From positions 1,034 to 65,033 of the forward strand of contig JAJPHT010000006.1 of NCBI GenBank assembly GCA_021325135.1: a stretch of 64,000 nt of DNA, in the 5' to 3' direction. Shown here piece after piece: positions 9,217-17,616 of this stretch; within the stretch, counting starts at the first letter, position 1, and each line of letters starts with the position of its first letter. The translations under genes and the position numbers were made by a program. Source of the stretch: Pseudomonadota bacterium. GTDB lineage: Archaea > Thermoplasmatota > SW-10-69-26 > JACQPN01 > JAJPHT01. The notes below the pieces were generated by a model. The model was not told the origin of the DNA. It saw only the letters and a list, made by a program, of their open reading frames with translations, and made no database searches.

Positions 9217-11640
9217 TCACGGCCGGACGCGCTCGAACGACGCGCCTCCGGGGGAGACGACGTAATAGCGCGGGACCCGGCCCTCCCTGCGGGACCGGAG
9301 GTGGCCGGAGCGCTCCAGCCCCAGGAGGTGGTAGCGCGCGAGCTGGCGGCTCATGCGGAGCCCCCGCGCGACGTCCGCGGCCGTGGCGCCAGGGGAGCGC
9401 CGCAGGAAGGCGAGCGCGTCGTCGGGCACGGCCCGCGCGGGCGGGGGCGCGGGCGAGCCGCTGGCGCGGTAGCGCCGGGCCCCCCACGACGTCTGCGCGA
9501 CGACGTACCCTTCCCGCTCCAGCACGCGGAGGTGGTGCGCGAGGGCCCCGTTGGAGAGGCCCAGCGCGCGGCGGATCTCCTCGTAGCGCTGGCCCGGGTG
9601 CTCCGTGACGTAGGCGTGGATGCCCGCGCGCAGGTCGCTGCGCAGGACGTCAGGCCGGGTGAGGCGCGAGGAGAGCGCGGCGGTCGCGAGGCCAAGCCCG
9701 TAGCGGCCGAAGCCCGCGGCCGCGGCGGCGCCCAGGAGGATCGCCAGGCCCAGCGCGGGGGCCGCGACGGCGAGCGCGGGGGCGCGGACGCCCTGCGCGG
9801 CGCCCCCTTCTGGCGTGGCGGCTGGCGCCGGGGTCCTCGGGGCCGGCGCCCCCGGGAGGGAGAGGGTGGGCAGGGAGGGGACGACGGGCGCGCTTCCCGG
9901 CAGGTCGGGGGTCCCCGGCGGCGCGGGGAGAGGAGCGAGCACGGCGCCGGGGGCGACCTCTCCGGGGGCGGCGCCCGTCGCGAGGGTCACGAGGCCCGAG
10001 GCCTGGTCGCCCCAGGGGTCGAAGAGCGGGACGGTGGAGAGCGCGTCCCCTCCGTCCGAGCCGGAGGCGTGCGCCAGCGCAAGGGGGCGGCCGCCAGGGA
10101 GCATGCCCATCTCCATGAGGAAGCCGATCATGGAGCCGCGCGCGTCCCAGGCGGAGTATGGCGCCCCGAACGTCCTGCCGCCGTCCAGCGACTCCACGAC
10201 GAAGGTGGCGGCGGGCCGGTCCGCGTCCCAGAAGGGGCGCACGTCGTCCCACATGAGCGCGACGCGCGGCCCGCTCACGGCCATGATGACGCTGCCCGAC
10301 CGGCGGGACTGGGGCACGAGGGCCGCCGCGTCGTAGAGCCCGTTGAGGGGCGTCACCTCGGTCGCGCCGGAGGGGAGCACGCGCGCGTAGTACGACGTGT
10401 CGTTCTCGAACTCCCCGATGCGGGGGTCCTCCGAGGGCCTGTCCACGTGGTGGAGGTCGTAGGCGAGGTGGACGACGCCCAGCGCGTCCAGCGCCATGGC
10501 GCCGAAGACCGCGCGCTCGGGGCCCCCCAGCCCGGCGACGGCGCGCGCCGCGCCGAAGCTGCGCCCGCCGTCCTGCGAGCGCGCCATGCGCCACTCCTCC
10601 GTGCCGTTGGCGTCCGCGTCGACCCACGCCAGGGCCACCTCCCCCGTGGGCGAGGCCGCCAGGCGCGCGCCCTCCAGCGCGTCGCCCCGCTGGGCGCGCG
10701 GCACGTCCACCGCGGGGCCCACCGATCCGTTGGGGAGGATGGCGCGCACGCGCAGGGGGAGCGGCTGGTCGAAGCCGGGGCCGGTGGCGTCGCGCGGGTA
10801 GGGGAGGCCCGCCAGCACCACGACGCCGTCCGGAAGCGCGACGGAGGACCCGCCGTAGAGGTCCTCCGGCAGCGCGCCCGAGCGCAGCGCCTTGCCGGTG
10901 AGGGCGTCGATGGTGACGAAACGGGTGGGCTCCGCGCCGTACTCCACGCCAGGGGGCGCCACCTTGTGGAATGATATCGTGGCGTCGCCGGCTCCCGTGG
11001 CGACCGAGACCGAGTTGTGGTCGACGCCGTGGGCGACCAGCGCGGGCTCGCCGAACGAGCGGCCCCCGTCGAGGGAGGCGCGGTAGAGCAGGTCGTAGCT
11101 CGTGCCTTCGATGAGCCGCTCGTAGACGACGCCCACGAGGCCCCCGGGCTGCACGACGAGGCGCCCCAGCGTGGGGGAGCCGAAGACCGGGTGCGTCGCG
11201 AAGCGGTGGGGCGCTCCGTCCTGCCGCGGCGCGACGAGGGCGGTGACGTTCTCGAAGAGCGAGGCGTTGAGCGCGTCGGTGAGGACGGGGAGCCGCACGA
11301 CGTCCGACAGGGGCGGCACCGGCGCGTCGGCGCGGGCGACGGAGACGTTGAGCGCGACGCCGGGGCGCACGTCGTCGAGGACCAGCCGCGCCGTCGTGTT
11401 CGCATCCACGTCCACCGGCACGACGCGGTCGACGACGGGCCCCGCCAGCGGATCGACGTGGCTCACGACGACCTGGACGTCCGCGGGGCCCGCCCGCGCC
11501 GTGACGTCCACCGCGAGCGCGCCCTCCGAGGACGCGGCCGAAAGCTCCACGGTCGCGGCGGGCGCGGGGCCCAGCGCGCCGGCGGGGAGGGCGGGCAGCG
11601 CCGCGACGAGGAGGAGGGCGAAGGCGAGACGGGCGCGCAT
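9217..11640 (-). CDS. membrane-tethered regulator: extracellular BNR/sialidase-like propeller, TM segment, two cytoplasmic winged-helix (ArsR-like) domains
   Basis: Contains a signal peptide MRARLAFALLLVAALPALPAGA. BNR-type repeats are SLDGGRSFG, SQDGGRSFG and SLDGGRTFG. A Pro-rich linker is followed by the TM segment APALAVAAPALGLAILLGAAAAAGFG. Two wHTH units follow (HPGQRYEEIRRALGLSNGALAHHLRVLEREGYV and SPGATAADVARGLRMSRQLARYHLLGLERSGHL). Confidence 0.75.
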   Translation of the reverse strand: MRARLAFALLLVAALPALPAGALGPAPAATVELSAASSEGALAVDVTARAGPADVQVVVSHVDPLAGPVVDRVVPVDVDANTTARLVLDDVRPGVALNVSVARADAPVPPLSDVVRLPVLTDALNASLFENVTALVAPRQDGAPHRFATHPVFGSPTLGRLVVQPGGLVGVVYERLIEGTSYDLLYRASLDGGRSFGEPALVAHGVDHNSVSVATGAGDATISFHKVAPPGVEYGAEPTRFVTIDALTGKALRSGALPEDLYGGSSVALPDGVVVLAGLPYPRDATGPGFDQPLPLRVRAILPNGSVGPAVDVPRAQRGDALEGARLAASPTGEVALAWVDADANGTEEWRMARSQDGGRSFGAARAVAGLGGPERAVFGAMALDALGVVHLAYDLHHVDRPSEDPRIGEFENDTSYYARVLPSGATEVTPLNGLYDAAALVPQSRRSGSVIMAVSGPRVALMWDDVRPFWDADRPAATFVVESLDGGRTFGAPYSAWDARGSMIGFLMEMGMLPGGRPLALAHASGSDGGDALSTVPLFDPWGDQASGLVTLATGAAPGEVAPGAVLAPLPAPPGTPDLPGSAPVVPSLPTLSLPGAPAPRTPAPAATPEGGAAQGVRAPALAVAAPALGLAILLGAAAAAGFGRYGLGLATAALSSRLTRPDVLRSDLRAGIHAYVTEHPGQRYEEIRRALGLSNGALAHHLRVLEREGYVVAQTSWGARRYRASGSPAPPPARAVPDDALAFLRRSPGATAADVARGLRMSRQLARYHLLGLERSGHLRSRREGRVPRYYVVSPGGASFERVRP

Positions 11641-11694
11641 GGGAGCACGTCGAAGCCCCCAGGCGGGATCATAAAGAGTCCGGAGGGGCGTTTG

Positions 11695-12666
11695 TCAGCC
11701 CGAGAAGTGCCGCACGACGCGCCCCTCGCGCTGCTTGCGGACGACGCCCGATCTCACCAGGCGCACCAGGTGCCAGTGGAGCGCCTGGGGCGTGAGGCCG
11801 GTGGCCTGGGCGAGGTCCTTCTGCGTGAGGCCCGGGGTCGCCTTCACGCGCTGGGCCACCTGGGCCGTGACGGGGTTGCAGAGGATGGCGACGGTCTCCT
11901 TGGTGGCGGCAAGCTGCGCGCCGTTCTCGAAGTAGCGGCGGTGGCGCCCCTCGCGCAGCGAGGTGACCATGCGCGTCTGCTCCAGCACGTCCAGGTGGTA
12001 GATGGTGGTGCCCCAGGCGACGCCCGCGGCGTGGGCGAGGTCGCTGGCGGAGGCGCCGGGGTTCGCGCGGATGGCCTGGAAGATGCGCTCGCGCACCTCG
12101 TTCTGGAACACCTCGGCGCGGCTGACCTTGGCGTACAGGGTCACCACCGGGAGCCAGAGGACCTTCTTGATCCCGGCTCCGAAGTAGGCGAGGAGCCCGG
12201 CGCCGGCGAAGGCGGCCGCGGCCAGCGCGGCGGTGGCGCCTTGGAGGAGCACGGGGGACTCCGCGACGGAGGAGGTGGCGACCGCGCCCGCGGGGGCCGC
12301 CTCCCGGGAGGCCTCGCGGCCGGTGCCCAGCGCGAGGCTCGCGTCGAGGCCCACGGGGAGGCCCGTGGAGGGGAGGTTGACGCGCCGGTCGGCCGAGGCG
12401 CCGGGGAGCGCCACGCCGTGGGCCTGCGCGGGGTCGAGGTGCAGCGTGGGCGCCTCGTGGAGGGTCGCGACCTTGAGGTCCAGGGTGGCGTCCGCGACGA
12501 TGCCGCCGGGGGAGACGGCCTGCTTCGCGTCCTGCTGCGCCGCGGGGACGGGGGTCGATTCCGGCGCGCGGAGGCCCAGCGAGGCGCCGACGCCCACCAT
12601 GGCCAGGACGAACCCTGTCGCCAGCAGCGTCAGGGCAAGGACGTTCTTCCGGGGGACCAGGCTCAT
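11695..12666 (-). CDS. membrane-tethered tandem winged-helix regulator (two TM segments)
   Basis: The N-terminal TM (VLALTLLATGFVLAMVGVGA) is followed by an extracytoplasmic segment of about 130 aa and a second TM. Two wHTH units follow (NPGASASDLAHAAGVAWGTTIYHLDVLEQTRMV and TPGLTQKDLAQATGLTPQALHWHLVRLVRSGVV). Confidence 0.7.
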   Translation of the reverse strand: MSLVPRKNVLALTLLATGFVLAMVGVGASLGLRAPESTPVPAAQQDAKQAVSPGGIVADATLDLKVATLHEAPTLHLDPAQAHGVALPGASADRRVNLPSTGLPVGLDASLALGTGREASREAAPAGAVATSSVAESPVLLQGATAALAAAAFAGAGLLAYFGAGIKKVLWLPVVTLYAKVSRAEVFQNEVRERIFQAIRANPGASASDLAHAAGVAWGTTIYHLDVLEQTRMVTSLREGRHRRYFENGAQLAATKETVAILCNPVTAQVAQRVKATPGLTQKDLAQATGLTPQALHWHLVRLVRSGVVRKQREGRVVRHFSG

Positions 12667-12704
12667 CTCGCACTCCCTCGGCCCGAACAGCCCGCGCGGA
12701 GGTT

Positions 12705-13277
12705 ATGAAGCATCTCGATACGGCACTGAATCCTGCCAAGGCTCAAGCGGCGGCCGGGCGTCGCCCGCGCGTGGTGGAGCGCCCCCTGGCCGTGGCCGGC
12801 CTCGCGATGGTCGCGGCCATGGCGCTCCTCTTCACGGCGACGGGCGGCGACCGCGGCGGCCTGTACGTGCTCGTGAACTCCTTCAGCGTCGCGGCCGCGA
12901 TCGTCGCCACGGCGGGGGCGGCGCGCTTCCCCTCCCCCCGCGGCCTCGCGCTCCTGGGCGGCGGCCTCCTGGCCCAGGGCGCGCTGCGCGGGCTCAACGT
13001 CCTCCTGGACCTCACGCGCCTGCCGCTGTGGCAGTCGCTCCTCATCCTGGCGGGGTGGGTCCTGGCGGGCTCGTCCGCCGTCGCATGGGCCGCGCGGCCG
13101 GAGCGCCCCCGCGCCGCGGGGCTGCGCCTGGGGCTCCAGGTGGCGGGCGCCACGTACTTCCTGGCCCTCGTCGCGACGCTCTCGGCGGACCGGCTCTCCG
13201 CGCTCCTCGCGCTCCTCGTGGGGACCGTGGGGCTGCTGCTGGCCGCGCCGCAGTTCAGCGACGGGCCAGATGGCTGA
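12705..13277 (+). CDS. polytopic membrane protein, unknown function
   Basis: The ATG is preceded by GGAGGT. It has 4-5 hydrophobic helices. Its 3' end overlaps the convergent CBS gene by 23 nt. Confidence 0.5.
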   Translation: MKHLDTALNPAKAQAAAGRRPRVVERPLAVAGLAMVAAMALLFTATGGDRGGLYVLVNSFSVAAAIVATAGAARFPSPRGLALLGGGLLAQGALRGLNVLLDLTRLPLWQSLLILAGWVLAGSSAVAWAARPERPRAAGLRLGLQVAGATYFLALVATLSADRLSALLALLVGTVGLLLAAPQFSDGPDG

Positions 13278-14628
13278 GCACGTCGTAGCGCGACAGGATG
13301 CCCACGACGCGCCCGTCGCGGCGCACGAGCACCGCGGCGTGGTCCTTGAGGTGGGACACCGCGCCGCTCACGGGCGCCGTGGACTCGACCACGGGGAAGC
13401 CCGCCTCCATGAGGCCGCTCACGGGCTCGTTGAGACACTCCGGGCGCGAGAGCGCGCGGGCCGTGGCGACCTCCTCGCGGAGGCTCCCGATGGGCTGGCC
13501 GTTCTCGTCGAGGACGGGAAGCTGCGAGAGGCCCTCGTGCGCCATGGTGTCCAGCGCGCGGCGCAGCGTCTCGGCGCGGCTCACGGACACGAGGCGGTCG
13601 GGCCCCTTCTTGGCGTCCAGCAGGCGGCCCACGCTGTCGGCGGCCTCCAGGAAGCCGTTCTCCTCCATCCACTCGTCGCTGAAGAGCTTGGTCACGTAGC
13701 GCGAGCCCGAGTCCGCCAGGATGATGACGCAGACCGCCTCGGGGCCGAGGTCCTTCGCGCGGATGTACTTCAGCGCGCCCGCGACGGCGCTGCCCGCGCT
13801 GCCGCCCGCGAAGATGCCCTCGCGGCGCGCCAGCGCGCGGGCGGTGTCGAAGCTCTCCTTGTCGGTGACCTTCACGAACTCGTCGATGTAGTCGAACCAC
13901 GTCGCCTTGGGAATGATATCTTCGCCGAACCCTTCGACCTTGTAGGAGTGCGCGTGCTCGGGGTGGTACTCGCCCGTCTCCTTGTACTCCTTGAGGATGG
14001 AGCCCTCGGGGTCGATGGCAATGACCTTCACCTTGGGGTTCTTCTCCTTGAGGAACTTCGCCGTGCCCGAGATGGTGCCGCCCGTGCCGGTGGCGACGAA
14101 GTAGTGCGTGACCTTGCCGTCGGTGTCGCGCCAGATCTCGGGACCCGTCGTGCGGTAGTGGACCTCGGGGTTCGCCTGGTTGTCGTACTGGTTGGGATAC
14201 ACCGCGTTGGGCGTCTCCCGCGTGATGCGCCGCGCGACGCTGTAGTACGACTGCGGGTCGTCGGGCGCCACCGCGGTGGGGCAGACCACGACGCGGGCTC
14301 CGAAGGCCTTCAGCACGAGCTGCTTCTCGCGGCTCTGCTTGTCGCCCATGGTGAAGACCGTGCGATAGCCTTTGATCGCGGCCGCCATGGCGAGGCCGAC
14401 GCCCGTGTTGCCCGAGGTGCCCTCCACGATGGTGCCTCCGGGCTTGAGCTGGCCGCTCCTCTCCGCGGCCTCGATCATCGCGGGCCCGATGCGGTCCTTC
14501 ACGCTGCCCCCCGGGTTCATGAACTCGCACTTCACGAGCACGAGCGGCCTGAGCCCCTCGTTGAGCCGGTTGAGCCGCACGAGGGGCGTGTTGCCGATGG
14601 CGCCCAGGATGGTCTCGTGGTACTTCAT
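13255..14628 (-). CDS. cystathionine beta-synthase (PLP Cys-synthase fold plus tandem CBS domains)
   Basis: MKYHETILGAIGNTPLVRLNRL...MNPGGSVKDRIG (PLP lysine motif) and GTSGNTG. The C-terminal ~130 aa form a CBS-pair region. Confidence 0.9.
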   Translation of the reverse strand: MKYHETILGAIGNTPLVRLNRLNEGLRPLVLVKCEFMNPGGSVKDRIGPAMIEAAERSGQLKPGGTIVEGTSGNTGVGLAMAAAIKGYRTVFTMGDKQSREKQLVLKAFGARVVVCPTAVAPDDPQSYYSVARRITRETPNAVYPNQYDNQANPEVHYRTTGPEIWRDTDGKVTHYFVATGTGGTISGTAKFLKEKNPKVKVIAIDPEGSILKEYKETGEYHPEHAHSYKVEGFGEDIIPKATWFDYIDEFVKVTDKESFDTARALARREGIFAGGSAGSAVAGALKYIRAKDLGPEAVCVIILADSGSRYVTKLFSDEWMEENGFLEAADSVGRLLDAKKGPDRLVSVSRAETLRRALDTMAHEGLSQLPVLDENGQPIGSLREEVATARALSRPECLNEPVSGLMEAGFPVVESTAPVSGAVSHLKDHAAVLVRRDGRVVGILSRYDVLSHLARR

Positions 14629-14733
14629 GGGCGCGCAGCGGGGCGGCGCCGCAAAATGCTTTGGCCCGCGGCCGCTCGCGGGCGCAGGTATTCAGGCGCG
14701 GAGCGCGTTGAGGCGCCCCGGAGGCTTCAGACC

Positions 14734-15360
14734 GTGCGAACCCCCGCCATCCCCCTAGCGATCGCGCTGCTCCTGCTCACGCCAGGCGCTGCCGCCATCC
14801 ACGTCACCGCGCGCCACGCCGAGCCCATCCCGCTGGCCGCGGACGACGTTCCCCCCGTGGAGCTGCCGCTCCCGCTGCCCGACTCCCTGCCCACGGTGAA
14901 CGACCCGGTCCCCGTCCTCGTCGCGTGCCCGCCCGCGGAGCCTGACACCGTGGACGTCGTCGTCTGCCTCGTCTACTCGCCCCTGCCCCCCGCGCTGGAT
15001 GGCGAGGTGGCGGGCGCGAACGGCGCCGCCGCCCTCGCCTACGCGGAGGCGCGGCACGACGCGGCGACCGCGATCGCGCTGGCCAACGGCGGCGTCGCGG
15101 CGACGAACTCCGTGAAGGACGCCGCCCTCTCCACCGCGAACGCCGCGCAGGTCCCCGCCGACGCCCTCGTCAACGTCGGCCTCGACGTGGCCTTCAGCAT
15201 CGTCGTGCAAGGCGTCCTCGTCGCCACGGCGGTCCATGATTTCGCCGCCACGACCGCGGGCGCGGCGCAGGACGGCGCCCACCAGGCGTGCGTGGACAGC
15301 GGCGGCGGCTCGACCTGCGACCTCATTCCCCGCTACGACGTCCCCCCGATGCCCGATTGA
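14734..15360 (+). CDS. secreted protein, paralogue A of a tandem pair
   Basis: The GTG start gives the signal peptide VRTPAIPLAIALLLLTPGAAA. An alternative ATG lies at 14656. It shares CPP...C and ANxVK..A..TANAxQV blocks with the next gene. Confidence 0.5.
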   Translation: MRTPAIPLAIALLLLTPGAAAIHVTARHAEPIPLAADDVPPVELPLPLPDSLPTVNDPVPVLVACPPAEPDTVDVVVCLVYSPLPPALDGEVAGANGAAALAYAEARHDAATAIALANGGVAATNSVKDAALSTANAAQVPADALVNVGLDVAFSIVVQGVLVATAVHDFAATTAGAAQDGAHQACVDSGGGSTCDLIPRYDVPPMPD

Positions 15361-15415
15361 GCCGGGCGCGCCTTTTTGCTCGCGCAGGGCGCTCCGGCCT
15401 TGAGGAGGCTTCACC

Positions 15416-16018
15416 ATGAGCCGTTGTGCCCTCGTCCTAGCGTTCAGCCTGACCCTGCTCCTGCCCAGCTCCGTCGCCGCGAGCGACGGCCCCCTTCAGC
15501 CCGAGCCGCTCTCGACCCCCGACGTGCCCCCGGCGCAGGACCCGCTCCCCCGGGAGAACCCCGTCTACAGCCTGCCCCCGGTCATCGTGTCGTGCCCGCC
15601 CGTGGACCTGGGCCCGCTGGACGAGCCGGCGTGCGCCGTCCAGGAGTCCGTGGAGAGCGCGGCCAACGTGCCCACGATCCTCGTCCTTGAGATCGAGAAC
15701 GCCGCATGGGCGACCAGCCTGGAGGCCCGCGACGCAGGCTTCGCCGCCGCGAACCAGGGCATCTCCACCGCCAACGCCGTCAAAAACCAGGCCACGGGGA
15801 CGGCCAACGCGGAGCAGGTGGTCGTCGTCGACACCGCGAACGCGATCATCCGGGTCCTCCAGCCCCTTCCCCCGGACCTGCCCATCGGGCAGCTCATCCA
15901 GGACCTCTACGCGGTCGTCCTCGCGGCGCAGGGCGTCGTCCACGCCGACTGCGACGTCCTCGCGGGCCCCGTGATCTGCTCCATGGTCCCCATCGTGCCC
16001 CTGCCCGTGCTGCCCTGA
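15416..16018 (+). CDS. secreted protein, paralogue B of a tandem pair
   Basis: Signal peptide MSRCALVLAFSLTLLLPSSVAA. Matching blocks include VSCPPVDLGPLDEPAC vs VACPPAEPDTVDVVVC, and TANAVKNQATGTANAEQV vs ATNSVKDAALSTANAAQV. Confidence 0.55.
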   Translation: MSRCALVLAFSLTLLLPSSVAASDGPLQPEPLSTPDVPPAQDPLPRENPVYSLPPVIVSCPPVDLGPLDEPACAVQESVESAANVPTILVLEIENAAWATSLEARDAGFAAANQGISTANAVKNQATGTANAEQVVVVDTANAIIRVLQPLPPDLPIGQLIQDLYAVVLAAQGVVHADCDVLAGPVICSMVPIVPLPVLP

Positions 16019-16059
16019 GGCCCCCAGGCTTCAAGCCCCGGCCCGGCGTCGCGCCCCGC

Positions 16060-16371
16060 GTGGGCGCCCCCGCGAAGACCAAGACCCCCGCCGACGACGG
16101 CCTGCTGCGCACGCTCTTCGTGGGCATGGTGGCGGGCTTCGTGCTCTACGCCTTGGGCCTCGCCGCGCTCTACGTCGTCCAGGGCCCGGTGGGCGTCTGG
16201 CTCAACGTGGGCTTCACCGTCGTGGGGCTGGGGTTCGTCATCGTCTGGTGGTACCTCACCATGCGCCGCGGCTTCCGCCTCTCCGGGGGGCCCACCAAGC
16301 GCGAGGTCCGCGCCAAGGAGAAGAAGCGCGCGGAGCGCGAGAAGATGCGGAACCTGAGGATGCGGCGCTGA
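16060..16371 (+). CDS. small two-TM membrane protein with basic C-terminal tail
   Basis: LLRTLFVGMVAGFVLYALGLAALYVV and VGFTVVGLGFVIVWWYL, followed by a KREVRAKEKKRAEREKMRNLRMRR tail. The start is uncertain (GTG 16060 or ATG 16126). Confidence 0.4.
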   Translation: MGAPAKTKTPADDGLLRTLFVGMVAGFVLYALGLAALYVVQGPVGVWLNVGFTVVGLGFVIVWWYLTMRRGFRLSGGPTKREVRAKEKKRAEREKMRNLRMRR

Positions 16372-16553
16372 CCCGCGGGCGCGTCCCCCGCTCGGGCCTC
16401 GACGACAAGCCGCGGATGCGCGCGACGAGCGAGGGAAAGCGCCATGCGGTGGAGCACGACGCGGCGGCGCGCTTGCTTGGGCGTCGTCCGCGCGCAGCGC
16501 GTCGATGACGCCCCGGGATTGACAGGCGCAAAGGGCTCGCCGGCGACGGCCCC

Positions 16554-16892
16554 TCACGATTTCGGTTTGCTTACCCTTGCTGCGATGAAGGCAAGGGGGA
16601 CTGCGAGGCAGAGGGTGATGCCGCCGGCGCCTGCGGCAAGGGCCAAGGGTCCTCCGGGGCCCGGCTGGAAGACGCAGGATGGAGTCGCCGTGGTCGTGTT
16701 GGTGGTCTCGGTGACCGTCTCGGTGGCGTTCGTGGTCGTGTTGGTCGTCGTAGTCGTGGTCGTGGCGTCTCCGTCCCTGCACGCGGGAAGGGCCAGGCCA
16801 GGGTGGAAGGATTCGAGGGTGCCCCAGACCAGGGAGAAGACCGAGAGGGGCGCAAGGATGGCCAGGCTGACCAGGAGGATCCTGGGTGCCAT
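16554..16892 (-). CDS. small secreted Thr-rich protein with C-terminal TM anchor and basic tail
   Basis: Has a signal peptide MAPRILLVSLAILAPLSVFSLVWG, a poly-Thr/Asn tract and a C-terminal PGPGGPLALAAGAGGITLCLAVPLAFIAARVSKPKS. Its start abuts the upstream gene's stop. Confidence 0.5.
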   Translation of the reverse strand: MAPRILLVSLAILAPLSVFSLVWGTLESFHPGLALPACRDGDATTTTTTTNTTTNATETVTETTNTTTATPSCVFQPGPGGPLALAAGAGGITLCLAVPLAFIAARVSKPKS

Positions 16893-17558
16893 CTAGTCGC
16901 CTCCCAGGCGTTGGAGGGCCTCTTGGGCTCGCTGGGCGGCCTCCAGGTATTCGGCCGCCTGGGTGGGGGTTGGCGCGAGCTCGCCCTTCTCGACCGCTTC
17001 GTGGATGATCTCCAGAAGCCGGAGGTGCACGAGGAGCTCGGCCGGCATGGCCTTGGCCCCGTGCGACGCCTCCACCATGTCCTTCGGCTTGGCGCGGGCC
17101 TTCGGGGTCCTCTTCGCCAGGCCCTGCGAGACCTGCGTCCAGCCGGATTGGATGGCGAGCGTGGGGTTGAGGGCGGCGAGGTGCAAGTCGGCCGTGGGGA
17201 CCGTCTTGGGTTCCTTGAGCGCCAAGATCGTCTGGCGGGTGGACCCTGGCGCGGGGGGCGGGGATGGACCGCCGCCATCGCCGGCATCTGGACTGGCGGA
17301 CTTGAGGGCGGCGAAGACGGCCTCCCACCCGTTGGGGCCCTTGACGCTCTGCAGGCGGGGAATGAGCGCGCGGAGGGGCTCGTGGAAGGCCAAGAGCACC
17401 AGGAGGGCAAAGGCGGGCCATGCCAGCGTCGCCAGAATCGTTGACAGGAATTCCAGCCAGTCCACGGACGCCACGACCTTCCGTGCGAGCTTACAAGTTT
17501 CTGTTTCAGAAGGCGCAGCGATCGCGTTGCATGGATGGGAACGGGGTGGAAGCGGCAA
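16893..17558 (-). CDS. membrane protein, unknown function
   Basis: The single TM WLEFLSTILATLAWPAFALLVLLAF is followed by a Gly/Pro linker and an alpha-helical C-terminal domain. The TTG at 17558 is the longest start; GTG at 17474 or 17465 is more plausible. Confidence 0.5.
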   Translation of the reverse strand: MPLPPRSHPCNAIAAPSETETCKLARKVVASVDWLEFLSTILATLAWPAFALLVLLAFHEPLRALIPRLQSVKGPNGWEAVFAALKSASPDAGDGGGPSPPPAPGSTRQTILALKEPKTVPTADLHLAALNPTLAIQSGWTQVSQGLAKRTPKARAKPKDMVEASHGAKAMPAELLVHLRLLEIIHEAVEKGELAPTPTQAAEYLEAAQRAQEALQRLGGD

Positions 17559-17616
17559 GGTGGAAAAAGCGAGAACAAGAAGGGAACACGATTCAACGCG
17601 TCTCTGGGCTCGGGAG

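Noticed and set aside
16700-16760. Periodic ACC/ACG-rich tract that looks like a microsatellite.
   Set aside because: It is the reverse complement of the poly-Thr/Asn coding stretch of the 112-aa anchored protein, so it is coding low complexity.
16893-17100. Possible HEPN-like Rx4-6H motif (RLLEIIH) in the C-terminal helical domain of the 221-aa membrane protein. This would hint at an RNase or abortive-infection function.
   Set aside because: It is a single short motif and lacks the usual polar residue after Arg. I can see no supporting fold evidence. It is too weak to call and is noted only for follow-up by structure prediction.
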